Sequence record: GU911519.1
DNA from: Acinetobacter phage Acj61
Reading direction: 5' to 3' (one strand)
Length of the DNA: 64,000 nucleotides
The position numbers and the translations under genes are program-made. The notes under the pieces were generated by a model. The model saw only the letters and a list, made by a program, of their open reading frames with translations. It had not been told where the DNA came from and made no database searches. Position 1 is the stretch's first letter. Each line of letters begins with the position of its first letter. This document shows, piece by piece, positions 16,966 through 24,156 of the stretch.

Positions 16966-17484
16966 TTAAAGCAGAACATCAGCGAGATATTGACCTGCTT
17001 GCAAGCGATACTTACGACCGATCGTTCGGTCATTTTCACATGAGTCGATGAAGTCGTCCCATTTTTCTGTCAACAGCTTGACAAAGAAGTCCGAGTTTCC
17101 ACGATCAATGTATCGTTGGATGAACTCATCTTTTATTGAACGATCTGGGAATACGAGATCATATTTGATGCCTTCACGCTTCATAGCTTCACGAACATTA
17201 TCGTGTGAAGATACTAAAGCAACGAAATTGCCTTCATACAAGTCTTGTAGACCTTTCATGTGTTGAATATAATTCTGTGGGAACTTTGTCTTATCGAAAT
17301 AAGAGCTGTCGCTATCAAAAACGATTGGGTCTTGGAGTCCCATAAAGTTTCCAAAGTTCTCTTTTAATTCTTCGGGATTGACGCCTTGCACCAGTCCGTA
17401 CTCTTCAGCATTTCGAAATATTGTACTCTTTCCACAACCAGGGAAAGCACAGATGAATCCACGAGTGAAGATTTTACGAGCCAT
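16966..17484 (-). CDS. P-loop kinase, polynucleotide-kinase-like
   Basis: Walker A GFICAFPGCGKST, Walker B-like VFDSDSS, lid-like RYIDRGNSDF; ends 2 nt before macro-domain gene start. Confidence 0.55.
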   Translation of the reverse strand: MARKIFTRGFICAFPGCGKSTIFRNAEEYGLVQGVNPEELKENFGNFMGLQDPIVFDSDSSYFDKTKFPQNYIQHMKGLQDLYEGNFVALVSSHDNVREAMKREGIKYDLVFPDRSIKDEFIQRYIDRGNSDFFVKLLTEKWDDFIDSCENDRTIGRKYRLQAGQYLADVLL

Positions 17485-17485
17485 T

Positions 17486-17935
17486 TTATTTCTCCATATA
17501 GCAAACGATGATTTTTACATCAGGTGTGACACGATTGATGATTTCCGAGACGTCATTCCAATTACCACCTGCAATACCGCATCCGATGTATGGAATGCCA
17601 ATGATTTTGCCAGCGTAATCTTTGTTAAGCTTTGTAAATAGAGTCTCAATGTTTTTCTCTAAATCTGCTTTAGGGAAGCGTCCAGGTCGAAATTGCGTGT
17701 AGCCATTAATGAGGTCACCAAATGCATAAGTTGCTTTAGTGTAGTCTCCCATTTTGCTCCAATCGCCAAATTCAGATTTCAAATCAGCTTGGTATGCTTC
17801 GTAAAAACGTTGGAAAATCTGACCAGCAAGTCCAGCTCCCATTGTGTGAAAACAGTTGCAGCCTTGAACAATTGCATCAAAGTCGCCATGCTCAAAAGCA
17901 TCCAAAATATTTACTTCTACGTATTGTGAAATCAT
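17486..17935 (-). CDS. macro-domain protein (ADP-ribose binding/processing)
   Basis: AIVQGCNCFHTMGAGLAGQI and GIPYIGCGIAGGNW match macro-domain N..N-x-G-G-GV-AG-I and GIyG motifs. Confidence 0.6.
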   Translation of the reverse strand: MISQYVEVNILDAFEHGDFDAIVQGCNCFHTMGAGLAGQIFQRFYEAYQADLKSEFGDWSKMGDYTKATYAFGDLINGYTQFRPGRFPKADLEKNIETLFTKLNKDYAGKIIGIPYIGCGIAGGNWNDVSEIINRVTPDVKIIVCYMEK

Positions 17936-18147
17936 TGTTCACCTTCCTTTAATTTGATTATGAAATCTTTCATCACTGTGTGGTCATAAGCCTGACCAGT
18001 CCGTGTGTAGCCATCTAATAATGGATTCTCTTTCTCGAACTTTAGAAAGAGGTGATGGCACTGTGTTACTCTTGCGTTACTAACAAAATCCATTGTTCTC
18101 AATAGAGATGTGAATTGCATTAAACGCATGTCACGAATATTGTCCAT
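17932..18147 (-). CDS. hypothetical small protein
   Basis: 71 aa from MDNIRDM...; GGAGGTCCTA RBS; sits after terminator 18168-18181. Confidence 0.45.
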   Translation of the reverse strand: MDNIRDMRLMQFTSLLRTMDFVSNARVTQCHHLFLKFEKENPLLDGYTRTGQAYDHTVMKDFIIKLKEGEQ

Positions 18148-18156
18148 TAGGACCTC

Positions 18157-18182
18157 CAAAAACAAAAGGGACCGAAGTCCCA
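18157..18182 (-). terminator. rho-independent terminator, UUCG loop
   Basis: gggac-cgaa-gtccc with flanking A/T runs. Confidence 0.6.
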
Positions 18183-18186
18183 TTCA

Positions 18187-18384
18187 TTATTCAGCGCCAG
18201 CGACACTAATTACTTCGCTTGCAGCATTTAAAATTGCAGCGATTTCAATTACGCCAGTTGCTGAGCCACCTGAAGCAACTACTACAATTGCTAAGATGGT
18301 CCCATAAAGCTTAGGATTTTTCTTTGCAGAAGTTTTCACTTTACCAGTAATTGCTTTCAGTTTTTCAGTAAACTTACTCATCAT
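18187..18384 (-). CDS. hypothetical small protein (hydrophobic C-terminal half)
   Basis: 65-aa ORF MMSKFTEKLKAITGK... Confidence 0.45.
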   Translation of the reverse strand: MMSKFTEKLKAITGKVKTSAKKNPKLYGTILAIVVVASGGSATGVIEIAAILNAASEVISVAGAE

Positions 18385-18553
18385 TGTATTCCTTAATTGC
18401 GTCTTCTACCGAGTTACCTCGCATAATAGACATACAGATTGAAAGCTGACGAAACTCGTCAGTATCATAGCAATGCACATTGTCGAGAAGGCTCCGAGTA
18501 TTACTCAATGTTTCAGAGATGTACTCTGCTTCTTCAGGGCCAAGTGTTACCAT
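18374..18553 (-). CDS. hypothetical small protein (59 aa, below ORF-track cutoff)
   Basis: MVTLGPEEAEYISETLSNTRS...; AAGGAG RBS 7 nt upstream; stop overlaps next ATG. Confidence 0.45.
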   Translation of the reverse strand: MVTLGPEEAEYISETLSNTRSLLDNVHCYDTDEFRQLSICMSIMRGNSVEDAIKEYNDE

Positions 18554-18565
18554 GTTGTACTCCTT

Positions 18566-18837
18566 TTAGGTTGGGACTGAAGTCCCGATAAAGATATTTA
18601 TTTGATCACATTCCAAAGCCAACAAGTTGACTGAAAATTGGATGTTTGTTAAGTCTTCTAATGTTGGATGCTCATCACAAGTTAATCCTTCATGTTCGAA
18701 TTCAGCATAAGTCATTGCCCATTCTGGTTCATCAGGGAAGCAATCGTCTTCGTTTGCATAACGACCAATGTAAAACACCTGAAATTCGACTTCTGATTCG
18801 GCGCAAATGTTTGCAAGTTCTCAAATGATTTTACCAT
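18566..18837 (-). pseudogene. apparently frameshifted small acidic-protein gene
   Basis: GGAGAAATAA-ATG (18837) opens a frame that stops after 40 codons (18712); a long acidic ORF (...FYIGRYANEDDCFPDEPEW...) continues in another frame to 18566 without its own ATG. Confidence 0.3.
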
Positions 18838-18862
18838 TTATTTCTCCAAAAGCGAAAGTTTT

Positions 18863-18892
18863 GTTTACTTTCTTCACAACTTAAATTATAAT
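18863..18892 (+). promoter_or_regulatory. plus-strand (antisense-oriented) copy of early promoter
   Basis: GTTTACT (18863-69) - 17 nt - TATAAT (18887-92) on + strand; inverted copy of the 21293-21348 / 21924-21980 cassette. Confidence 0.45.
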
Positions 18893-18915
18893 GTAATAGA
18901 CCAAGAAATCTGTGG
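18875..18915. repeat. inverted-orientation copy of the 21293/21924 promoter repeat
   Basis: cacaacttaaattataatgtaatagaccaagaaatctgtgg = reverse complement of ccacagatttcttggtctattacattataattta... Confidence 0.85.
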
Positions 18916-19266
18916 AAAGTTACATCTTAGGTAGAACAAATTCATTTTCGAGATTACACAGAGGTGTCTTCTGTTCTTTGAATTTAGCTCCATAATAGTT
19001 ACATATACGTTTCCACAAAGGAAGTGCAGGCTTACTCCAGGAGTATTTGTGACCATAGAGTTGAAACAAAAGCGGATAATTTTTGTTTCAACTCTATGGT
19101 CTTGTGGTCGAATGAAGTTTTTGATGAGTGTACTCTCAGGGCCTACAGGTGTATGCGTGAGAACAGGTATCATCGAACCTACAACATGTACTGCTTGTTT
19201 TGAACCATAAAGCTCTACTACAACCGGAGTGTGACAGATGAGCCAATGTATTTTAACTATGTTCAT
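18886..19266 (-). CDS. doubtful ORF; N-terminal ~55 codons plausible, remainder traverses a 20-bp perfect inverted repeat
   Basis: ATG 19266 with GGAG RBS after terminator 19285-19300; 3' half (19052-19100 palindrome, odd Cys/Trp-rich composition) may be non-coding. Confidence 0.3.
   Translation of the reverse strand: MNIVKIHWLICHTPVVVELYGSKQAVHVVGSMIPVLTHTPVGPESTLIKNFIRPQDHRVETKIIRFCFNSMVTNTPGVSLHFLCGNVYVTIMELNSKNRRHLCVISKMNLFYLRCNFPQISWSITL
19052..19100. repeat. perfect 20-bp inverted repeat with 9-nt loop
   Basis: accatagagttgaaacaaaa-gcggataat-ttttgtttcaactctatggt. Confidence 0.9.
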
Positions 19267-19269
19267 ACT

Positions 19270-19301
19270 AAAACTCCAAGAAGAGGAGCCCGAAGGCTCC
19301 A
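19270..19301 (-). terminator. rho-independent terminator, UUCG loop
   Basis: ggagcc-cgaa-ggctcc after stop of 19308-19505 gene. Confidence 0.55.
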
Positions 19302-19307
19302 ATTCAA

Positions 19308-19505
19308 TTAGTTGACTTGAATTTCACCAGAGATATCGACATATGAAAGGACCCATTCTTCATCAACCCAAGTTAATGATTTAGGCTTTTCATGACCTGC
19401 AGGACCAGCATCAACGATTTCTCCTTCAAGAGGTTTAAAGAAGTAAACTTCGTTGTTGTGTTCGATTACTACAGTTGCGTCAGCTGGAATTTTATATGCG
19501 TTCAT
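19308..19505 (-). CDS. hypothetical small protein
   Basis: 65-aa ORF with cassette promoter upstream and terminator downstream. Confidence 0.5.
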   Translation of the reverse strand: MNAYKIPADATVVIEHNNEVYFFKPLEGEIVDAGPAGHEKPKSLTWVDEEWVLSYVDISGEIQVN

Positions 19506-19528
19506 AATATTTTACTCTTTGGTTTAAA

Positions 19529-19550
19529 TCAAATCCATTATTAGATTTGA
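19529..19550 (-). repeat. conserved 5'-leader hairpin (copy 1 of 6)
   Basis: tcaaatc-cattattag-gatttga; copies at 19947-19968, 20348-20369, 20856-20877, 21830-21851; covarying copy tcaaaac-catgattag-gttttga at 21210-21231. Confidence 0.85.
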
Positions 19551-19588
19551 TAAGACCATTATATCAAATGATCTTATCAATGTAAACT
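19546..19588 (-). promoter_or_regulatory. early promoter cassette
   Basis: tgataagaccattata...tgtaaac; -10 at 19558-63. Confidence 0.55.
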
Positions 19589-19592
19589 GTTT

Positions 19593-19928
19593 TTAGAAAT
19601 TATTTTCAATTAATTTCACATTGTGTAGTGAGCGAAGATACTCATCGGCTTCATCGATCATATCAAAACCACCAGGTTCAATGAATTCACCAAAGATGAA
19701 AGATTCATTATCAACTTCATAATTGAACTCTACACACATGTAGATGACTTCGTCTAAATCTTCATCTTCGTACTCGTACAAAGCAAAACCATTGATGACC
19801 ATTTCACTATCAGAATCAAAACTTACACCTTTGATGTATTGTTGAACCAATGAAAGGCCCGAGATTACATAGTACTCCGCTTGAAGTGCAGATTGAGTTT
19901 CGATTGAAGTAGGAAATTTGATGTTCAT
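19593..19928 (-). CDS. hypothetical acidic protein
   Basis: 111 aa; cassette promoter + conserved hairpin leader upstream. Confidence 0.5.
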   Translation of the reverse strand: MNIKFPTSIETQSALQAEYYVISGLSLVQQYIKGVSFDSDSEMVINGFALYEYEDEDLDEVIYMCVEFNYEVDNESFIFGEFIEPGGFDMIDEADEYLRSLHNVKLIENNF

Positions 19929-19961
19929 AATACTTTACTCTAAGTTTCAAATCCATTATTA

Positions 19962-20013
19962 GATTTGATAAGACCATTATATCAAAAAGGAAAGCAGTTG
20001 TAAACCACTTTCC
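19962..20013 (-). promoter_or_regulatory. early promoter cassette with -35 in stem-loop
   Basis: ggaaag...gtaaac...ctttcc hairpin 19989-20013; -10 19977-82. Confidence 0.55.
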
Positions 20014-20021
20014 TAAATGTT

Positions 20022-20330
20022 TTAAACTTTTTTCAACAATGTTTCAAGTGAAGACCCGTTCTTAATTGAATAGAAAATGTCTTTGATCTCTTCGTTGTCA
20101 AAGTTTTCAAGGCAGTCAAATCCTAGATCTAACAAAGTTTTATTCGTGTACTTTAACTCTGAATTTACTTCAAAGATGTAAGTGTACTTTTCAGTAGTGC
20201 AATGGAGGAAAACGACTTCATGTGAAGCCAGGATTAACACTGATGTGCCATGATTAAATGCATCAAGAACTACGACGTTGTGCAAATCATGTTGTTCTTT
20301 GATTGATTGTGCAAAGAAGTTGATGTTCAT
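20022..20330 (-). CDS. hypothetical protein
   Basis: 102 aa from MNINFFAQ...; track start is the artefactual ATG inside TATAATGGTCTTATC. Confidence 0.5.
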   Translation of the reverse strand: MNINFFAQSIKEQHDLHNVVVLDAFNHGTSVLILASHEVVFLHCTTEKYTYIFEVNSELKYTNKTLLDLGFDCLENFDNEEIKDIFYSIKNGSSLETLLKKV

Positions 20331-20361
20331 AATATTTCCTTCATATTTCAAATCCATTATT

Positions 20362-20413
20362 AGATTTGATAAGACCATTATATCAAAAGATCATGCTGTT
20401 GTAAACAGCATGA
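20362..20413 (-). promoter_or_regulatory. early promoter cassette with -35 in stem-loop
   Basis: catgctg-ttgtaaa-cagcatg hairpin 20392-20412; TTTACA - 17 - TATAAT (20377-82). Confidence 0.6.
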
Positions 20414-20424
20414 CCCAAATTATT

Positions 20425-20835
20425 TTACAATTTTTCGAAGTTTACACTAAAGAAAATTTGTTGATATGCTGCATCATAGAGATAAGTTGAACGAAAACTT
20501 TCTTTAAAGATATGAGCTCGATATCCTTTATCGGGTTCACCTGCTTTCTTTTTAGGCTTAATGAAATCTACCATAGCATGATTATTTGAACGAGTTACAA
20601 GGATTCCACCAAGAGATTGCAGCTTATTGATGATTTCATCGAATTTTGCAGCAATTTTCTTAGGCTTAACGTCTGTGCAATCCATGGGACTTAAAGTTAC
20701 ATAAGTTGGGATTAAACGATACATTGTACCAGTTGCATCACGGTAAGGGCGATACGTTCCATCTAAAGCTTCAACTTTAACAGTTGCTAATGGGAAAGCT
20801 TCTTTGAAAGATTTTTTGATTTCTGACATATTCAT
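20425..20835 (-). CDS. hypothetical protein
   Basis: 136-aa ORF. Confidence 0.5.
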   Translation of the reverse strand: MNMSEIKKSFKEAFPLATVKVEALDGTYRPYRDATGTMYRLIPTYVTLSPMDCTDVKPKKIAAKFDEIINKLQSLGGILVTRSNNHAMVDFIKPKKKAGEPDKGYRAHIFKESFRSTYLYDAAYQQIFFSVNFEKL

Positions 20836-20870
20836 AACAATTTACTCATTTTATATCAAATCCATTATTA

Positions 20871-20915
20871 GATTTGATAAGACCATTATACCATCATTTG
20901 CTTTAGAAGTAAACA
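20871..20915 (-). promoter_or_regulatory. early promoter cassette
   Basis: TTTACT (20908-13) - 17 - TATAAT (20885-90). Confidence 0.55.
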
Positions 20916-20943
20916 CTTTTAGCAAATTATTTTCGGTTTATTT

Positions 20944-20976
20944 TCGCACAAAAAGAGGAGCCTTGAGCTCCTCTTT
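20944..20976 (-). terminator. rho-independent terminator
   Basis: gaggagc-cttga-gctcctc then UUUUUGUG in sense. Confidence 0.6.
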
Positions 20977-20985
20977 CTTAGAAGA

Positions 20986-21192
20986 TTATTCTTCTTCCAT
21001 GTGTGCCATTAACGTCTGGATTAACGTGTCATAATCGCCTTCCATACATTTGTTGGTAACCTTTTGGCATTCTTCCATCGTCCAACCTTGACGTACTGCA
21101 AGTCTTTTGAAGTGACCCATTAGAGCAAAAGCGTTTCCATTGAGACCAACTAAAGAACCTTTAACAAATTTTGGTGGATTGAATAAGTTCAT
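20986..21192 (-). CDS. hypothetical small protein
   Basis: 68 aa from MNLFNPPKF...; terminator 20955-20973 downstream. Confidence 0.45.
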   Translation of the reverse strand: MNLFNPPKFVKGSLVGLNGNAFALMGHFKRLAVRQGWTMEECQKVTNKCMEGDYDTLIQTLMAHMEEE

Positions 21193-21224
21193 AATATTTC
21201 CTTCATTTTTCAAAACCATGATTA

Positions 21225-21269
21225 GTTTTGATAAGACCATTATATCAACTCATAAAGCAAAAGTAAACA
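21225..21269 (-). promoter_or_regulatory. early promoter cassette
   Basis: TTTACT (21262-67) - 17 - TATAAT (21239-44). Confidence 0.55.
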
Positions 21270-21292
21270 GTTTTGATAAAATATTTTTGTGC

Positions 21293-21348
21293 TACAGATT
21301 TCTTAGTCTATTACATTATAATTTAGAACTCAAGAAAAGTAAATAGTA
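21293..21348 (-). promoter_or_regulatory. second early promoter family (no palindrome), copy B
   Basis: Sense ATTTACT (21338-43) - 17 - TATAAT (21315-20); ~57-bp near-identical repeat of 21924-21980. Confidence 0.5.
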
Positions 21349-21354
21349 GAAGCC

Positions 21355-21384
21355 ACAAAAAGGTGATCATTTGATCACCTTTTA
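21355..21384 (-). terminator. rho-independent terminator
   Basis: aggtgatca-tt-tgatcacct flanked by A and T runs. Confidence 0.6.
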
Positions 21385-21392
21385 TTCAATGA

Positions 21393-21812
21393 TTACCAGA
21401 TGCTGCAGTTGTCATCTTCATCTTCATCAAACTCTTCCTCTTCGTAGTTTGTGTAGATTTCAAGCTCGTTAAACTTGAACGTTCCGTTGTCATAACTGAA
21501 AGCAATTGAAGTATCGTTAAACATAAATGAGTTTTGCTTAACAAAGTCTTCTTTAAGTTTTTCAGGACAACATAAAGCTAATGGAACTACACCGATAATT
21601 CCTGCGTCTACTGAGAAAGATACACCTAAGTTTGAATCATAACATCCATCTCCCCAAGCAGTGTTTGAGAGAGCCATCTGATGACCTTCAATTTCAACAA
21701 TTTGAGCACGTGTGTTGAAATCCATTTTATCGCAAAGCACATCATAAGCATCATCACGCATTACGTAACATGGATCGATTGTGATGTAAGTAGCTTGTGG
21801 TAATGTAATCAT
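21393..21812 (-). CDS. hypothetical acidic protein
   Basis: 139 aa with poly-acidic C-terminus. Confidence 0.5.
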   Translation of the reverse strand: MITLPQATYITIDPCYVMRDDAYDVLCDKMDFNTRAQIVEIEGHQMALSNTAWGDGCYDSNLGVSFSVDAGIIGVVPLALCCPEKLKEDFVKQNSFMFNDTSIAFSYDNGTFKFNELEIYTNYEEEEFDEDEDDNCSIW

Positions 21813-21844
21813 TTCAATTTCCTCTAAGTTTCAAATCCATTATT

Positions 21845-21889
21845 AGATTTGATAAGACCATTATACTACGTTTTGCTATTGAAGTAAAC
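21845..21889 (-). promoter_or_regulatory. early promoter cassette
   Basis: TTTACT (21882-87) - 17 - TATAAT (21859-64). Confidence 0.55.
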
Positions 21890-21923
21890 TGTTTTTGCGA
21901 AAATAGTTTAAAATATTTTAGAG

Positions 21924-21980
21924 CCACAGATTTCTTGGTCTATTACATTATAATTTAGAACTCAAGAAAAGTAAATAGTA
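21924..21980 (-). promoter_or_regulatory. second early promoter family, copy C
   Basis: ATTTACT (21970-75) - 17 - TATAAT (21947-52). Confidence 0.5.
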
Positions 21981-21985
21981 CAGAC

Positions 21986-22016
21986 CGCAAAAAGGTGATC
22001 GAATGATCACCTTTTG
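21986..22016 (-). terminator. rho-independent terminator (variant of 21355-21384 with covarying loop)
   Basis: aggtgatc-gaat-gatcacct then UUUUUGCGG. Confidence 0.6.
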
Positions 22017-22021
22017 TTCTA

Positions 22022-22357
22022 TTAAAGTGCTTTCTCTTTAATCAAGTCGATTTCAGCTTTGCATGATCTGCATGTTGTGCAAGATGAAGCAAAACCATGT
22101 TTTAGAGCAGAATATTTAGCACTGGCGTTATGAACTTCTTTTGCTGCTTCAAGAGTTGAAATAACAAATGCATTAGTTTCGTATTTGCGTCCAAAGAAAT
22201 GGCGAGCTGAATGCTTAGCTCTCCAAACTGCATCATCAAAGGTCCCATAAGCTTGATCGATATCATGAGCTACTTCGCGAAGGTACATGTCAATTGTATA
22301 ATCAGGAAATTCTGAAGCTAAAGCAGTTTTCATAGATTGGATAGCTGAAGTAGTCAT
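22022..22357 (-). CDS. hypothetical protein
   Basis: 111-aa ORF; terminator 21993-22012 downstream. Confidence 0.5.
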   Translation of the reverse strand: MTTSAIQSMKTALASEFPDYTIDMYLREVAHDIDQAYGTFDDAVWRAKHSARHFFGRKYETNAFVISTLEAAKEVHNASAKYSALKHGFASSCTTCRSCKAEIDLIKEKAL

Positions 22358-22382
22358 GATAATTTACTCAATGTAGTATTTG

Positions 22383-22426
22383 ATTTGATAAGACTATTAT
22401 ACACTAACTACTTCATGATGTAAACT
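22383..22426 (-). promoter_or_regulatory. early promoter cassette
   Basis: TTTACA (22419-24) - 17 - TATAAT (22396-401). Confidence 0.55.
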
Positions 22427-22858
22427 GTTTTGTTCATTAAAAACCAAATAAGTTTGATGGACTCCATAAGGCTTCCAACCATTTCGTTTCATTCCGTAGC
22501 CCATTGAGCCAGTCGAACGCATCATCTTAATGAAGCCTTCTTTGTGTAAACGCTGAAGTGCTTTTGATTGCTGGAAGTTAGCTTGGTACTTGCGATTGAT
22601 AGGAAGACGCAGATAATGGCCGTCGACTTTCTGTGTAAAGTATTCTTTCAACAAACGATATTGTTCATTGTCAGAATACGTGTTTCCAATGATATGCAAG
22701 ATTTGAGTCCGAGCTAACCAACGCATTTCATACGAGATTTGTGCTTCAGTAGCTTTGGGATACTTAGCACGTACGCGTTCTTCGAGATTTCCAAACGTAG
22801 TCCTTTCTTCTTGCTTCATTTCAGCAAGGATTTCCTTGAGTGTGAAATTGGTTTTCAT
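22397..22858 (-). CDS. hypothetical basic protein
   Basis: 153-aa ORF. Confidence 0.45.
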   Translation of the reverse strand: MKTNFTLKEILAEMKQEERTTFGNLEERVRAKYPKATEAQISYEMRWLARTQILHIIGNTYSDNEQYRLLKEYFTQKVDGHYLRLPINRKYQANFQQSKALQRLHKEGFIKMMRSTGSMGYGMKRNGWKPYGVHQTYLVFNEQNSLHHEVVSV

Positions 22859-23133
22859 ACATCCACCTTTTGCTCTAAGATTACGATTTCATGACGTTCA
22901 GTTCCCCATCCAACTAAAGGTACATCGCCATGGAAATATGCAACAGCTTTTACATCTTTACAAGTGTACTTTTGCTCTTGCCAAAGGAATTCGTTTTCAG
23001 GTTTGTCGCGAAGTCCAGAGAAACGTTTAGCCAAATCGGCTTTAGCTGATTCAGCAGAGTTATACATGCCAACAACTTTAGTAGAGGTTTCCCAGGTGTC
23101 TTCACGTGCAATTGCAAGGTAGATAGTTTTCAT
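22855..23133 (-). CDS. hypothetical protein
   Basis: 92 aa; ATGA overlap. Confidence 0.45.
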   Translation of the reverse strand: MKTIYLAIAREDTWETSTKVVGMYNSAESAKADLAKRFSGLRDKPENEFLWQEQKYTCKDVKAVAYFHGDVPLVGWGTERHEIVILEQKVDV

Positions 23134-23441
23134 GTTAGATCTCCTATTACGTCATAACAATCAGCAAAAACATTTGGTTTGCATGGATATAATTCGTTTC
23201 GAGTACCACGAATTATATAATCACCAACTGAAGCAAAAATTGGTCCTTCAAGAGTAGAAATTTCGATACCTTGGTTTCGTACTATGTCGCAGTAATCATG
23301 GAATTTATCTTGAGACACCGAGTGTCTCGTATCAACGATTTGTCCCATGAACTCTAATACTTGTTTTGTTGACGCTTGAGTACCAGTCCATAGAATAGCT
23401 GTAACTTCTACTGGTTTCTTGCGAATGCGTAAAATTGTCAT
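23130..23441 (-). CDS. hypothetical protein
   Basis: 103-aa ORF. Confidence 0.45.
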   Translation of the reverse strand: MTILRIRKKPVEVTAILWTGTQASTKQVLEFMGQIVDTRHSVSQDKFHDYCDIVRNQGIEISTLEGPIFASVGDYIIRGTRNELYPCKPNVFADCYDVIGDLT

Positions 23442-23458
23442 TTTGATTTCCTCTTTGA

Positions 23459-23501
23459 TTTGATAGGACCATTATACAACAGTCTTATTGAGAAGTAAAC
23501 A
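23459..23501 (-). promoter_or_regulatory. early promoter cassette
   Basis: TTTACT (23494-99) - 17 - TATAAT (23471-76). Confidence 0.55.
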
Positions 23502-23503
23502 GC

Positions 23504-23833
23504 TTATTTTGAACCTGTGATCAATTGTTTGAAAACTGATCCGACGTCACGCTTTGAGTTGCCTCGTTTAATTTCACGTAAACGACAGATTGCATCGCCA
23601 AGCATCCAAGCTTGATGTTGGATTCTAAAGCGTTTTGCTTGTAATGCATTACGTTTGTTTTGCACTTCTTTAATTCGTTGCTTATCTGCAAGTCCAGCAG
23701 GACGATCATTACGAATACGCCAACGGCGTTCATTGTATTCATTAAGAGTCAACTTTTGAATTACAACATCGATTGCTTTGAGTTCACGCTTTAGACGGAT
23801 TTGTTCATTCTTTAAGGCAGGTTCTAAATTCAT
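23504..23833 (-). CDS. hypothetical basic coiled-coil protein
   Basis: From MNLEPALKNEQIRLKRELKA... Confidence 0.4.
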   Translation of the reverse strand: MNLEPALKNEQIRLKRELKAIDVVIQKLTLNEYNERRWRIRNDRPAGLADKQRIKEVQNKRNALQAKRFRIQHQAWMLGDAICRLREIKRGNSKRDVGSVFKQLITGSK

Positions 23834-23850
23834 TTCAGATCTCCAGATAC

Positions 23851-23874
23851 GAAAAAAGGAGCACAAGGCTCCCA
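23851..23874 (-). terminator. rho-independent terminator
   Basis: ggagc-acaag-gctccc then UUUUUUCG in sense. Confidence 0.6.
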
Positions 23875-23887
23875 TTTTCTAATCAAT

Positions 23888-24070
23888 TTACGCTACAGCG
23901 ATAACGCGATCAACTTGAATCAAAAGATTCGCTTTACGTTGAGCAGCTTTACGAGCAGATTTTGCAAATGCAAGACCAAGAGCTAATTTCGTTGTTGCTC
24001 GTGGGTCACGCAATTTACCAGCTTTGGACGTTGTGAATTCAGTTGTAACTGCAGGTTTAGACTTAGCCAT
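23888..24070 (-). CDS. small basic protein
   Basis: 60 aa MAKSKPAVTT...; terminator 23858-23873 downstream. Confidence 0.4.
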   Translation of the reverse strand: MAKSKPAVTTEFTTSKAGKLRDPRATTKLALGLAFAKSARKAAQRKANLLIQVDRVIAVA

Positions 24071-24098
24071 GATAGGATTCCTTTAGGATTGATTTGAT

Positions 24099-24140
24099 AG
24101 GACCATTATATCATAGTCCTATCTAGTTGTAAACTGCTTT
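24099..24140 (-). promoter_or_regulatory. early promoter cassette, palindrome-flanked
   Basis: gataggac|cattatatca|tagtcctatc; TTTACA (24133-38) - 17 - TATAAT (24110-15). Confidence 0.55.
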
Positions 24141-24156
24141 TTGAAAATAATTTAAC

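Noticed and set aside
18573-18586. gggac-tgaa-gtccc hairpin as a terminator
   Set aside because: It lies inside the last codons of an ORF and is followed by AAGGAG-ATG rather than a U tract. Probably just a cassette remnant.
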